This document shows positions 1-10,460 of a stretch of 64,000 nucleotides of DNA, in pieces (positions within the stretch are counted from its first letter, which is position 1; every line of letters starts with the position of its first letter). A model generated the notes under the pieces. The model was not told the DNA's origin and ran no database searches. It saw only the letters and a list, made by a program, of their open reading frames with translations. The DNA lies in contig CAWCNY010000007.1 in NCBI GenBank assembly GCA_963797095.1, forward strand, positions 128,001 through 192,000, written 5' to 3'. The stretch comes from an uncultured Chloroflexia bacterium (GTDB taxonomy: Bacteria > Chloroflexota > Chloroflexia > QHBQ01 > JADMIH01). The translations under genes and the position numbers were made by a program.

Positions 1-2
1 AG

Positions 3-620
3 TACTTTGAGAGGGCGGTGTTTGAGTTGCACCCTGAGAACAATGACCGTTTTTCGGTGCTGCTGTCGAGGCTGGGGGCCGAGCGGTTCGAGGCGAAGTA
101 CCCTGACGGCGAGCCGACGGCGGAGAGCGGTGGCGGAGACGTGTGGGCGACGCTGCGCGCCAGGCCGTTGAACTTCAACTATATTAAGGCGAACGGGCCT
201 TGCCCCGCCGATACTGCGAAGCAGGTTGACCCCGATTTCGGGCTGGCTATAGGGCCTGGGCCCGCCTACCCGGTGGGGTTCGATACTGACGGGGTGTACG
301 ATTACAGCAGCACTATCGAGGAGGGTGGGTGGTACCTCCTCAAGGTGTTGTGGGTGGTGAACCCGAAGGCTTATACGGGGCCGGTGCTGGTGAGGGGTCA
401 CCAGCTTGACGGCGGGAGCGAGTTGCGGTTCGGGCAGGGGGCAGACCCCGCGAGTGAGCTTCAGTTGGACCCCGCAACGGCGCTGGATGGGTCGTCGCCG
501 TGGGATTGGCCCAATTGGCCTACTTATACGCGGTTGCAGAGGCCTGGGTGCTATGCCTACCAGATCGACGGGACTTCGTTCTCGAATGTGATTACTTTCC
601 GGGCGGTGGACGGCAAATAG
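3..620 (+). CDS. 5'-partial secreted hypothetical protein with FPETG/QYFER-type surface module
   Basis: Frame is open from the window edge (YFERAVFELHPEN...LLSRLG), the same motif as in three other secreted proteins here. C-terminal domain (PGCYAYQIDG) is unknown. Confidence 0.75.
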   Translation, partial: YFERAVFELHPENNDRFSVLLSRLGAERFEAKYPDGEPTAESGGGDVWATLRARPLNFNYIKANGPCPADTAKQVDPDFGLAIGPGPAYPVGFDTDGVYDYSSTIEEGGWYLLKVLWVVNPKAYTGPVLVRGHQLDGGSELRFGQGADPASELQLDPATALDGSSPWDWPNWPTYTRLQRPGCYAYQIDGTSFSNVITFRAVDGK

Positions 621-825
621 TACCCGAATGGGTGAGGTTTGTTGGTTTTTGTGGGCCGGGTGATTTCATGGTTGGATTCCCCCTTCCACTTAACTTAAGG
701 GCATTGGTGGGGGAATCTGGACAGGTTTTGGGGTGTACTTTCGGGCGGATCTTTAACGCGGAATGCCGAATGTGAAGTGATTTTCCACCGCAGAGGCGCT
801 GAGGGCGCTGAGGTAATTTTGGATC

Positions 826-1413
826 TTAGATTTCGGATTGGGGTTGCGGGTCCGGAGATCCCAGGTGGCGGATTATTTTGCATGGGTTGCCCGCCGCGAA
901 GACATCATCGGGGATGTCTCTGGTTACTACGCTGCCTGCCCCTATTACTGTGCGTGCGCCTATGGTGACGCCGGGGAGGATTACGGCGCTGCCGCCTATC
1001 CAGGCTTCCGAGCCTATGCGGATCGGTTTGCCTAGCTCCATGCCTGTGCGACGGGTTTCGATGTCGAGGGAGTGGGTGGCGGTGTAGATCTGGACGTTGG
1101 GGCCGAAGAGGACGGCATCGCCGATATCGACGCGGGCGACATCGAGGATTATGCAGTTGGAGTTGAAGTAGACATCGCGGCCCAGGTGGATGTTGTAGCC
1201 GTAGTCGCAGTAGAAGGGTGGCTCTATGTAGACGCGCCCGCTGAAGGAGCCGAGGAGTTTGGCGAGGATTTCGCGCCTCTGATCTTGCCGGTCAACTTGG
1301 GTGGTGTTGAAGGCTCCGGTGAGGATGCGCGCCTGGTGGCGCTCCTGCGAGAGTTGGGGGTCCCATGATTTGTATAGCTCGCCATTGAGCATCTTTTCTT
1401 TTTCGGTGGGCAT
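826..1413 (-). CDS. maa: maltose/galactoside O-acetyltransferase (hexapeptide repeat)
   Basis: TEKEKML.G start, IEPPFYCDYGYNI, YTATH, hexapeptide repeats and GNPC end. Confidence 0.9.
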   Translation of the reverse strand: MPTEKEKMLNGELYKSWDPQLSQERHQARILTGAFNTTQVDRQDQRREILAKLLGSFSGRVYIEPPFYCDYGYNIHLGRDVYFNSNCIILDVARVDIGDAVLFGPNVQIYTATHSLDIETRRTGMELGKPIRIGSEAWIGGSAVILPGVTIGARTVIGAGSVVTRDIPDDVFAAGNPCKIIRHLGSPDPQPQSEI

Positions 1414-1492
1414 TTTGTTGGGTGGCTCCTCGGGGTGGGGTTTGGGTGTAGTTTAGCATACAGGCAAGGGCAGTGCGTGGGGCGCGGGCGTC

Positions 1493-1522
1493 TTGTAGAG
1501 GAGACCTGGGGTGTGGTATAAT
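1493..1522 (+). promoter_or_regulatory. sigma70-type promoter for tRNA-Ala
   Basis: TGgTATAAT extended -10 at 1514-1522 and TTGTAG 18 bp upstream, 10 nt before the tRNA. Confidence 0.6.
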
Positions 1523-1532
1523 TAAGTGGCAA

Positions 1533-1605
<73 letters not shown>

Positions 1606-1745
1606 CCCAAAATAAGCGATATGGGGTATTTGGTAGAACAGGAAACGGGGCGATGCCTATGGACAATTTATGTGATGTTAGCCACCTCCGAGGGTGGCTT
1701 TTTGATTCGTTCCGGCGTGAAGGATGGCCGGAGAGGGGGTTTGAG

Positions 1746-1982
1746 ATGGAAACGAACACTTATCGAGCTATTTATGACAACGGCGAGGTGCGGTTTGCCG
1801 AGCCTATGAACATGGAGGGCGAGTGGGAGCTTATTGTGACGTTTGTGCAGCCGCTTGACGAGAGCACGATACCGATCGAGGCGGACCCACACCGCCACGA
1901 GCATAGTTCGTGGTCGGACCGCCTGGACGAGGCGCACGAGCATGTGATCGACGCAGGGCACGCACGAACCAACCCGTTTTAG
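1746..1982 (+). CDS. small protein, AF2212/DUF104-like N-terminus
   Basis: RBS GAGAGGGGG before ATG; YRAIYDNGEVRFAEP resembles the AIYENGV..P.EP motif of DUF104-like proteins. Confidence 0.55.
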   Translation: METNTYRAIYDNGEVRFAEPMNMEGEWELIVTFVQPLDESTIPIEADPHRHEHSSWSDRLDEAHEHVIDAGHARTNPF

Positions 1983-1997
1983 CGGGGTCTTGCGGGA

Positions 1998-2947
1998 TTA
2001 TTCTCCCGAGAAGTAATCACTGTCGATGCGTTTCAGTTCATAGACGGTATCAACAGTTACAACAGTTACACCAACATTGTGATCAATCATGAGTTGGGCT
2101 AGCTGCTCCCCATCGATCAAAACGATCTTATTGTCGATCCCTGCCGCAAAGTTCTTTGCTTCAGTGGTAAAACCTGAGGTTGTTATGAATACACCCTTTC
2201 TTGCCCGTTGCCCTTGAAGAGCACCAGCAAATTGCTGGTTTTCTGGCCGTCCAATCGTGCGGTCCCATCGCTTGGCCCGGATGTAGATTACATCCGGGCC
2301 AAGTTTGTCTTCCTTGATTATTCCGTCTATGCCTTCATCACCTCTTCTGCCGATAGCCTGCCCAGCATCTTGTATGGAACCACCGTAACCCATCCTGACC
2401 AGGAGCTCTACAACCAACCTCTCGAAAAATGCTGGTGATTGACTTATTATTGTTGAAAGGAGTTCTTGAGCTAAGGCTTCCTTTAGCTGCTGATAACTGA
2501 GTTCAATGGCTTCCTTTGGTGTTCGGCGATCTGTATGCTGCGGCAGATCCGACGTAGCTACCTTAGTTGCGAGTGAGCACCCGATTTCTCCCTGGTGCGA
2601 TTCTTAAAGTCCACGTATTCAGGGAATTGTTCTAATAATTTGGTGGTAATCCTCGAAGGTCTGTCTGCAAGCACCAACAAGACACGCTCGGTAATCCTAA
2701 AATGTGATCGACGGGTGTCTTCAACTAGCCCTGCTTGCTTCAAGTGCGTGCGTGCCCATGCCATTCTGTGAGCAAAGATAGTCAACTTAATCTTGCTTGG
2801 GCTAGGGTAATGAAGATCCCTTTCTTGATCGCTCAATTTCATCATGCTAGCTACTTCTTCAACGGAATCGTCCATTCTATGCTCACGCCCATCTGAGGCG
2901 AATTGTAGCAGGGGAAGCATTATGGCTTGGAAATCAGGGATCGTCAT
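1998..2947 (-). pseudogene. mrr: Mrr-family type IV restriction endonuclease, frameshifted
   Basis: MTIPDFQAIMLPLL N-domain in one frame. The linker (TPKEAIE..YQQL..ELL...SPAFFERLVVELL) and catalytic domain (GDEGIDG, KGVFITTS) are in another, with the shift near 2570. Catalytic QAK reads RAK. Confidence 0.85.
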
Positions 2948-3153
2948 ACCGTGTCCTTTTATCAAGACATATCTCAATGAGTTGGATCAATGGATCCAGC
3001 TTTGCAAGTTACAAATGACAACCTGGGATTACCTTATGAAACAGGGGCATTATACTACGAACCTACGACTGTGCATAGGCACACATGCTGCTCTGTTTCC
3101 GGTGAGGGTACGTGAGTCGCACTCACCAAAGAGAGGCAATAACAAAAGTATAG

Positions 3154-4692
3154 CTATTTGAGCTTATCTAGCCCCGCCCGAACCGCCGCGAATTCGTCCC
3201 AGGGGGTTTCATCTGTGCCGTAGCACATGGAGGACTCGTGGGCTTTGCCGCAGGTGAGCACCATGTCGCCCGGCTTTGCGAGGGAGATAGCGTAGGCGAT
3301 GGCCTGGGCGCGGTCGTGGACCAGCCAGAAGTCGCGGCCCTCGGTGCGGCCTTCCTCGGTGAGGGCGCGGGCTATCCCGGCTGAGATGTCTTCCACGCGC
3401 TCGGTGCGGGGGTCCTCGGCGGTGACCACGGTGAGATCGGCCAGCTTGCCCGCGACGTGGCCCATCATGGCGCGCTTGGCACGATCGCGCAGGCCCGCAG
3501 AGCCGAAGACGGCGATCACCCTGCCACCGTGAGGCTTGACCAGTTGGCGCGCAAGCTCAAGGGTCTTTTCGAGGCCGTTGGGGGTGTGGGCGAAGTCTAC
3601 CACTACATCGAAGCCGAAGGCGCGCGCCTCCGGCACCCATTCCATGCGGCCCTTGATGCTGTCGACCGCCTGGAGGCCCGACGATATGGCCTCTTTGGGA
3701 GCGCCGAGGGCTAGAGCCGCACCAACGGCGGCCAGGGCGTTGTAGATGTTGTGCTTGCCGGGAAGGTGGAGGCGCACCGGGATATCGGCGAGGGGGGTCT
3801 GGACGGTGAAGCGGGTGCCTTCGGCGCGGTATTCGAGGTCGTCGGCGGTGAGGTCGGGCTGCTGGCGGCGGTCGAGGCCGTAGACGTATTGCATATCGGC
3901 GGGGATGCGCTTGAGCCAGTCGTACGATTTGTCGTCGGCGTTGATTACGGCGACTTTGGGGGTGGAGGGCTTGCGGTAGGAGCCGTTGAGCATGTGGAAG
4001 AGGCGGGCTTTGGCCTCCATGTAGTTCTCCCAGGAGCCGTGCCAGTCCATGTGCTCGTGGGTGACGTTGGTGACCACGGCCACGTCGTAATCGACGCAGA
4101 GCACGCGGCCCTGGTCGAGGGCGTGGGAGGTGGTTTCGAGCACGGCCACGTCGGTGCCTGCCTGCACCATGTCGTACAGGTAACGCTGCACGTCGAAGGC
4201 TTCGGGGGTGGTGACGTGGAAGCCGGTGTCGTAGGAGCGGCCCGCGATCTCGGCGCGGATGGTGGAGATTAGGCCGGCGCGGCGTCCTGCGGCGAGGAGG
4301 ATGGAGTGGATGAGGGTGGAGGTGGTGGTTTTGCCATCGGTGCCTGTGACGCCTATCACCTGGAGCTTGCGCGAGGGATAGTCGAAGAAGGCGGCTGAGA
4401 GGAGGGCGACGGCGGCGCGGTCGTCGGGGACGTGGAGGTAGGGGATATCGGGAGAGAGGTCGGAGGGGCGGTCGGGGCGGGTGCCCGCGACGGCGACAGC
4501 GCCGCGAGCGAGGGCGTCGGGGATGAACTTGTGGCCGTCGTGCACGCTGCCTTTGACGGCGATGAAAAGGGTGCCGGGTTGGACGATGCGGGAGTTCTCG
4601 GCGATGTGGGTGATAGGGGGGTTGTGGTTGGGGTTGCCTAGGATGGCGGAGTTGGGGATGGCTGCTCTGGAGAGCAGATCGCGCAGGTTCAT
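3154..4692 (-). CDS. murE: UDP-MurNAc-L-Ala-D-Glu diamino-acid ligase
   Basis: GVTGTDGKTT, TTPE, LETTSHALDQGR, DFAHTP, EDPRTE and GKAHE motifs. Confidence 0.9.
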   Translation of the reverse strand: MNLRDLLSRAAIPNSAILGNPNHNPPITHIAENSRIVQPGTLFIAVKGSVHDGHKFIPDALARGAVAVAGTRPDRPSDLSPDIPYLHVPDDRAAVALLSAAFFDYPSRKLQVIGVTGTDGKTTTSTLIHSILLAAGRRAGLISTIRAEIAGRSYDTGFHVTTPEAFDVQRYLYDMVQAGTDVAVLETTSHALDQGRVLCVDYDVAVVTNVTHEHMDWHGSWENYMEAKARLFHMLNGSYRKPSTPKVAVINADDKSYDWLKRIPADMQYVYGLDRRQQPDLTADDLEYRAEGTRFTVQTPLADIPVRLHLPGKHNIYNALAAVGAALALGAPKEAISSGLQAVDSIKGRMEWVPEARAFGFDVVVDFAHTPNGLEKTLELARQLVKPHGGRVIAVFGSAGLRDRAKRAMMGHVAGKLADLTVVTAEDPRTERVEDISAGIARALTEEGRTEGRDFWLVHDRAQAIAYAISLAKPGDMVLTCGKAHESSMCYGTDETPWDEFAAVRAGLDKLK

Positions 4693-4819
4693 TGTTGGGT
4701 GGTCACTCCTGGTGTGGTGTGACCAGTATAACGCTTCCTTTGGGGGCGCTCAAATCGATGGCGATGTTGGGAATGGTTTGCCCGACCCTTTCTTGTCGGC
4801 ATAGAACCGGGAGGTCTGC

Positions 4820-4960
4820 AAACACCCCTCACCCCCGGCCCCCCGCCTCCTTCGTCGGCACCCCGTGTTCGGGGAGAGGGGAGAAGATGAAAGAAGAAGT
4901 AGAGTTGGGGGGACACCCCCCGAACCCCCTGTGAGGGGACTTGTCCCCTGCACCCCCCAC
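4820..4960. repeat. REP-like palindromic element
   Basis: CCCCTCACCCCCGGCCCCC...GGGGAGAGGGG and GGGGGACACCCCC...AGGGGACTTGTCCCCT G/C-run hairpins between GT4 and murE. Confidence 0.55.
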
Positions 4961-6088
4961 TGCAAGCACATCGTCGTAGACGTCTTTTGTTAGCTGGGCT
5001 GTGCGGTGCCAGGAGAATTGGGCGGCGCGTTGGAGGGCACGTTGGGCGTATTCGTGGCGTTTGGTGGGGTCGGTCAGTAGGAGTCGGAGGGCTTTCGTCA
5101 GGTCGGGGGTGGAGGTGGGGTTGACTGTCAGGGCGGCGTCGCCCACCACTTCGGGGAGGCTGGAGGTGTTGGAGGTGACGGTGGGGGTGCCGCACGACAT
5201 GGCTTCCAGGGGTGGGAGGCCAAAGCCTTCGTAGAGGGATGGGTAGCAGAAGATGGTCGCGCCGGCGTAGAGGGCTGGAAGGTCGGGTTCGGGCACGTAG
5301 CCGGGGAAGATGACGCGGTTGGAGAGGCCGAGGCGCTGCACGTCGGCCTCAACCTGGGAGCCTTGCCAGCCGCTCTGGCCTGCTATTACGAGGGAGAGTG
5401 AGGGGAAGTCGGGGGCGAGGGCGGCAAAGGCGCGGATCAGGCGGCGGAGGTTCTTGCGCGGCTGCTTGTTGCCCACGGCCAGGATGTAGTCGGTGGCGAG
5501 GGAATGGGCGTGGCGCACGCGGACGATTTCGCCGGGGGGTTGGGGTTTGAAGTGGGGGGCGGCGGCCAGTGGGGTGACCACCACGCGGGAGGGATCGGGG
5601 TGGTAAAAGCGAAGGATGTCGCGCCTGGTGCTCTCGGAGATGGCGATCACGCGGGCCGCGCGCCGGATGCTTGGGCCGACCAGGAGGGCCAGCAGGAGGC
5701 GCACGCGCGGGGAGAAGTAGCGCGGGAATAGCTTGTAAGAGACATCATGAACGCTGAGGACGAGGGGGCAGGGGAGGACGGGCGGGGCCATGTAGGTCAT
5801 GTGGAGGAGGGCGAGGCGGTCGCGGCGAGCAAGTTGTGGGTATAGAAAGGGGATGCGCACGAAGGACGGCACGCTGGGCAAGGGGCGTATGGAGATGGGG
5901 GCGACGGTGCGCAGGTCGGGCGGGATGGCGTCGGGGAGGGGGGTGTAAAGATTGTAATGGTAGCCGTCGAGCGCGCCCAGGGCGACGGAGAGCTGCACCA
6001 CGTAGGTCTCGTTGCCCGTCTCGTGGGTGCCGACCATGTGGGCGTCTATGCCTATGGTGGGGGAGGTGGGAAGGTCAGGGGGTGCCAA
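4829..6088 (-). CDS. glycosyltransferase family 4 (group 1)
   Basis: IGIDAH, SVHD, PRKNL and YPSLYEGFGLPPLEAM motifs. Confidence 0.9.
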   Translation of the reverse strand: MAPPDLPTSPTIGIDAHMVGTHETGNETYVVQLSVALGALDGYHYNLYTPLPDAIPPDLRTVAPISIRPLPSVPSFVRIPFLYPQLARRDRLALLHMTYMAPPVLPCPLVLSVHDVSYKLFPRYFSPRVRLLLALLVGPSIRRAARVIAISESTRRDILRFYHPDPSRVVVTPLAAAPHFKPQPPGEIVRVRHAHSLATDYILAVGNKQPRKNLRRLIRAFAALAPDFPSLSLVIAGQSGWQGSQVEADVQRLGLSNRVIFPGYVPEPDLPALYAGATIFCYPSLYEGFGLPPLEAMSCGTPTVTSNTSSLPEVVGDAALTVNPTSTPDLTKALRLLLTDPTKRHEYAQRALQRAAQFSWHRTAQLTKDVYDDVLAVGGAGDKSPHRGFGGCPPNSTSSFIFSPLPEHGVPTKEAGGRG

Positions 6089-7562
6089 CGCCTACGTCCT
6101 GGGGGTCTTCTGAGAGGGTGCGTCTACTGAGGAACGATTTGATCTGGGATGTCAGGAGGGCATAGTCGCCCCACAGATTGGCGGCGAGCATGAGCAGGCC
6201 AACGAGGCCGCCCACTATGATCAGCGATAGGAGGTCGTGGACGAGAGAGGGGGCCAGCAGTTGCAGGATGGCAGCACCCACGATGCCGCTGGCGAGTGGG
6301 CGCCACAAGGGGATAAGGAGGGTGAAGCCGCCGAAGTCGCGCAGATCGCGCACGACTATGTAGAGGGCCGCCAGCATCCCGATGAGGAAGGCGGTGGCAG
6401 GCGCTTCGAGGCCGACGCCAGAGAGGGCCAGGGCTATGCCGGGTAGCCAGGTGAGGATTAGCATGATGAGAAGGAGGCGGAAGGCTTTGCCGCCACGTCC
6501 AAGCGAGTAGAGGGCGGGGGTGAGGATGCCCACGGGCACGTTGATGGCTGTGTTGATGGTGAAGATATAGAAGGGGGCGAGGGCGGGGAGCCACCTGGGG
6601 CCATAAACGTATTCGATGACCTGGGGGCCGAGGCCGATCAGGAGGGCGCAGGCCGGGAAGGTGAGGAGGCAGGTCCATTTGAGGAGGGAGCGGAGGGTGG
6701 AGGCGAAAGCGGCGGGGTCGTGCTGTAGGCGCGAGAGGGCGGGGAAACTTACGCGCGAGATAAGCTGGATAAGCTGGATGGGGATGACTGCCACCTGGTG
6801 CGCCCATGTTATGTAGCCGACGCCCGCGCCACCAGCCGATAGGCCGCCCAGGAGGGGGAGCATGGCATATTTGGCGAGGCTCGCGCCCTGCTGGCCCTGG
6901 TAGGATAGGCTGAAGGCCGCCCCAGAGTGGATGGAGCGCCAGCGAAAGTTGAGCGCGGGGAGCCAGGCCACGCGGGCGTAGAGAACGAGGGTGTTGGTAA
7001 GGCTGAAGGCGAGGGCGGAGGCCACCACGCTCCAGACGCCCCAACCGGCCAGGGCGGTGGCTATGGCTACCAGCCAGTAGGCGACCTGCGAGGCCACATC
7101 GGATACGACTATGGGCGCGTAGGTTAGCTTGCGTTGGGCGATGATGGAGGGGGCGGTGCGCAACGAGATGAGCAGGAAGGAGAGGGCGAGCGCCCACACT
7201 ATGGAGGAAAGATCGCCAAGGGCGAGGGGGCCGGAGAGGAAAATGGAGGCGAGGATGGCAAGCAGGGAGATGGAGGCGCACCAGGCGAGCTGGTAAGTGA
7301 AAAGGGCGCTGAGGTCGTCGTTGGAAACGTCGCCCTGGCGCACGAGGCTCGCGCCCAAGCCGACCTCGCTGACCAGCACGAATAGGCTGAGCGCGAAGCT
7401 GGCTACGGCGAACAGGCCGAACGTCGGCGGGTCGAGCAGGCGGGCCAGGGCGATCCAGCCGCCGAAGGCGAGGGCCTTGACCGCGAACTCGCGCCCGCCC
7501 ATGCTGAGGATCGCGCCCAGAGTGCGGCGCTGGACTGCGGAGGGGTGCTCTTCAGGGATCAT
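6075..7562 (-). CDS. oligosaccharide flippase (Wzx/WzxC family)
   Basis: LARLLDPPTFGLFA, about 12-14 hydrophobic helices, RVSFPALSRLQ and YGPRW. Confidence 0.85.
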   Translation of the reverse strand: MIPEEHPSAVQRRTLGAILSMGGREFAVKALAFGGWIALARLLDPPTFGLFAVASFALSLFVLVSEVGLGASLVRQGDVSNDDLSALFTYQLAWCASISLLAILASIFLSGPLALGDLSSIVWALALSFLLISLRTAPSIIAQRKLTYAPIVVSDVASQVAYWLVAIATALAGWGVWSVVASALAFSLTNTLVLYARVAWLPALNFRWRSIHSGAAFSLSYQGQQGASLAKYAMLPLLGGLSAGGAGVGYITWAHQVAVIPIQLIQLISRVSFPALSRLQHDPAAFASTLRSLLKWTCLLTFPACALLIGLGPQVIEYVYGPRWLPALAPFYIFTINTAINVPVGILTPALYSLGRGGKAFRLLLIMLILTWLPGIALALSGVGLEAPATAFLIGMLAALYIVVRDLRDFGGFTLLIPLWRPLASGIVGAAILQLLAPSLVHDLLSLIIVGGLVGLLMLAANLWGDYALLTSQIKSFLSRRTLSEDPQDVGVGTP

Positions 7563-7674
7563 GCCTTACTTCTCAACTGGGGCGCTCGCCGCCGGGAGCT
7601 ATCCAGGCTCGCGGCCGATTGATACTGCCTATTTTTGAGCCCCGAAGCAACACGAAGGATCCCACCCCAACCTC

Positions 7675-9075
7675 CTATGGCCTGTAAATCCATGTCCTCC
7701 TGGTACTCACGATACCAACGTCATAACCCCCGGCGATCAGCACATCGCCATTCGACAGCCGCGTAGCCGTCTGGAAATACCTCGATGTGTCCAAAGCCCC
7801 CGCCGCTGCCGCGAACACCCCGTTGGCTGGATCGTACACCTCTACGTCGCTCCCACCACCAGACACGGCCACTTTGCCACCGGCGATTGTCGTAATTGCA
7901 CCCGCGAACTTAAAGCGCCTATCCTGCATACTCCCTGTAGTTGAAAATCGCCCCGTAGCCGGGTCGTAAATCTCTGCCTCCGAATACTGACCGCGCCAAT
8001 CGCGCCCATCCGCTCCCCCCAACACCAACACCCGCCCATCATCTAGCGCCACCTGCGCGTGCTTATGCCTCGGCACGCTCATACTCCCCGTGGTTGAGAA
8101 CCTCCGAGTGGCCGGGTCATAAATCTCGGCGGTGGCGAGCGCGGTGCCCACTTTCCCTCCGCCTGTGATCAGGACCCGCCCATCGGGCAAAAAACTCGCC
8201 CCCGACGTAGCCCTCCCTTCCAACAAATCTCCCGCCAGCGTGAACCTCCCTGTGGCCGGGTCATAGATTTCCGCGCTCTTCAACATCACACTTTCGTGCC
8301 CACCCTCGAAGCCTCCCGCGATCAGCACCTTCCCGTCGTTGAGCAGTGTGGCTGGAGCTCCGTTGCGCCCCTGGTTGAGGCTACCCACCATCACAAACTT
8401 GGCTGTGGCCGGGTCGTAGATTTCGGCGCTATCCATGTTATAATCCCAATCGCCTCCTACTACCAGCACCCTCCCGTCCTTAAGGAGCGTGGCCGTGTGA
8501 CATGCCCTCTCCCTGTTCAGCGATCCGGTAGGTGCAAACTCTCCCGTCGCTGGATCGTACAATTCGGCGTTCGCGCTGAAAACCCCATCGCGGATCATCC
8601 CACCCGCGATAAGCACCTTCCCGCTCCCAAGCAGAGTCGCGCTGTGGCACGACCTTTCGATAGCCATATCGGGACCGGCCACCACGTTCCCCGCCGTCAC
8701 ATGAGTCTTGTACTTCGCCCTGTACCGGAACGTGCCCAATTGCGACAACAGCACCCTGTATGGTTCGCTGTTCTCGGGGTGCTCCTCGAATACGGCACGC
8801 TCAAAGTACTGTACTGTATAGCTCTTCCCGTCGGTGGCCGACACTTCGCTCAACTCCTCCGAAATCGGATAGCCTTGCCTCTCTAAACCGCCGTTCGCCT
8901 CCCAGTACTCCAGAAACCTGCCCTCTACCGTCTTCCCCGTCTCGGGAAAGAGTCGGCTTCCCTACTGCGCCATCGCCAGTTGCGGCCCCGCTTCACCGCG
9001 CACCAGAGCGAGCGCAAAAGCGCTCAAAAGCACGCTCACAAGCAGCCTTACCACGCTAAATCGTCCCGGAGTCAT
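7675..9075 (-). pseudogene. secreted Kelch-repeat protein with FPETG module, interrupted by an in-frame TAG at 8964-8962
   Basis: RBS GGAGG, then ATG at 9075: MTPGRFSVVRLLVSVLLSAFALALVRGEAGPQLAMAQ*GSRLFPETG. Six to seven Kelch repeats follow (HTATLL.DGRVL..GG...AEIYDP). Confidence 0.75.
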
Positions 9076-9372
9076 AACTTTGCCCTCCCATAGCCCTTGC
9101 CATTGTTACCGGACCTACGGTCGTCGCTTATTACCCTTACCCCGCACTCACCTCATTAGTTCCGGTGTCAACGTCGCAACTCTTGCCCTTTTCGGTAGCA
9201 AATGAGCATTTATTGGGCAGAAATCGGGCTGGGCATCGTCGGATACACCGGGTAGACTGACTTTAGCTGCATTGGACAGGTGTGGCGAAGGGATGCTGAG
9301 AGCTTGTGGGACGCATTCCTATTTGGGCGCGTTTTGAGCCCGATACACCAGAGTTTGAGGAGGTGTCATTTT

Positions 9373-9666
9373 ATGTATACGGTGGTCAATCACTTGCACC
9401 TGGATGGTCCTATCGAGGCTTTCGTGCCCTCGCTGCAGTCGGAAGGGCTGCCTTTGCTGTCGTCGATGCCGGGGTTTCGCTCGTTCTACTTCGTGAGGGA
9501 AGGGGACGACCGCGCTATTGTGGTGATCATCTGGGACAGCCTGGAGGATGCGGTGGCGGGCGGCAAGGAGTTCGGCTCCACATGGTTCGCGCAGAATATA
9601 GCTCCGCATCTCGCCGGCGAGCAACAGCGCACGGTGGGGGAAGTGCTGGCGCATAAGAGTAGATAG
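9373..9666 (+). CDS. small dimeric alpha-beta barrel (ABM-like) protein
   Basis: RBS GAGGAGG; P.LSSMPGFRSFY and IWDSLEDA pattern. Confidence 0.65.
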   Translation: MYTVVNHLHLDGPIEAFVPSLQSEGLPLLSSMPGFRSFYFVREGDDRAIVVIIWDSLEDAVAGGKEFGSTWFAQNIAPHLAGEQQRTVGEVLAHKSR

Positions 9667-9674
9667 GGCGCGGG

Positions 9675-10460
9675 TCAGGTGACGTTGGTCTCGCCAACGT
9701 AGATAATACCGCCCTGCTCGAGGGTGTCGTCTTCGCAGGCGCGCACGATGGCGGCGGCCATATCGTCGATGGTGGGGAGCCAGCCGGCCACGCGGCGGCG
9801 CTCCTCCAGCAGGCCGCGGTCGGTGCGCTCCATCAGTTTGGGGGTGATGGTGCCTTCTACGAGGTCGCCGCTGACACGCACAAAGCGGATGCCGCGCCTG
9901 TCAAGCTCAGGGAGGAGGTTGAGGAGAGCCATCTCGCCTTCGTGTTTGCTGTGGGCCACCGCTTCGTAAACGGCATACTGGGAGACTTTGCCGTAGAAGT
10001 GCGCCCAGTGGCTGGTGACATAGACCACGCGCGAGCCGGGGGGCATAAGGGGTAGGGCGTGCTTAAGGGTCCACACCTGGGCTTCGCGATTCAGGAGGAG
10101 GGGGTAGTCGGGGTTCTCGGCAACCATCTCGCGCTCAAGGCCGCCCGAAGCGTTGAGTACGAGTATGTCGAGCCTCTCGAACTCTTCCTTTACGCGCTCC
10201 ATCATGGCCTCCACCTCTTTTTCGACGGTGATATCGGCTTGAATAAGGAGGGCACGCACCTCGTGGGCTTCGATGGCAAGCACCACTTCCTCGGCGCGAG
10301 ACGATTTGCTGCGATAAGTTACCACCATATCAGCGCCATGCTCGGCCATCAGGATGGCGGTGGCCGCGCCGATGCCCCTGGACGAGCCGGTTACGAGGGC
10401 GACCTTGCCGTGCAGGGGCTTATCTACCTGCGTTTCTTCTTGCGCGTGCGTCTCATCCAT
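9675..10460 (-). CDS. short-chain dehydrogenase/reductase
   Basis: VTGSSRGIG, LDILVLNASGG, Y...A.SK. Confidence 0.9.
   Translation of the reverse strand: MDETHAQEETQVDKPLHGKVALVTGSSRGIGAATAILMAEHGADMVVTYRSKSSRAEEVVLAIEAHEVRALLIQADITVEKEVEAMMERVKEEFERLDILVLNASGGLEREMVAENPDYPLLLNREAQVWTLKHALPLMPPGSRVVYVTSHWAHFYGKVSQYAVYEAVAHSKHEGEMALLNLLPELDRRGIRFVRVSGDLVEGTITPKLMERTDRGLLEERRRVAGWLPTIDDMAAAIVRACEDDTLEQGGIIYVGETNVT

Noticed and set aside
6124-7281. Long alternative-frame and antisense ORFs (also 15996-16991, 62491-63405, 63264-63950)
   Set aside because: Shadow ORFs of GC-rich genes, with skewed composition and no motifs.
8962-8964. Genome-wide TAG recoding or pyrrolysine
   Set aside because: TAG is the normal stop of many genes here (e.g. 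620, 9666, 20943, 40105), and no pyl genes are in the window.
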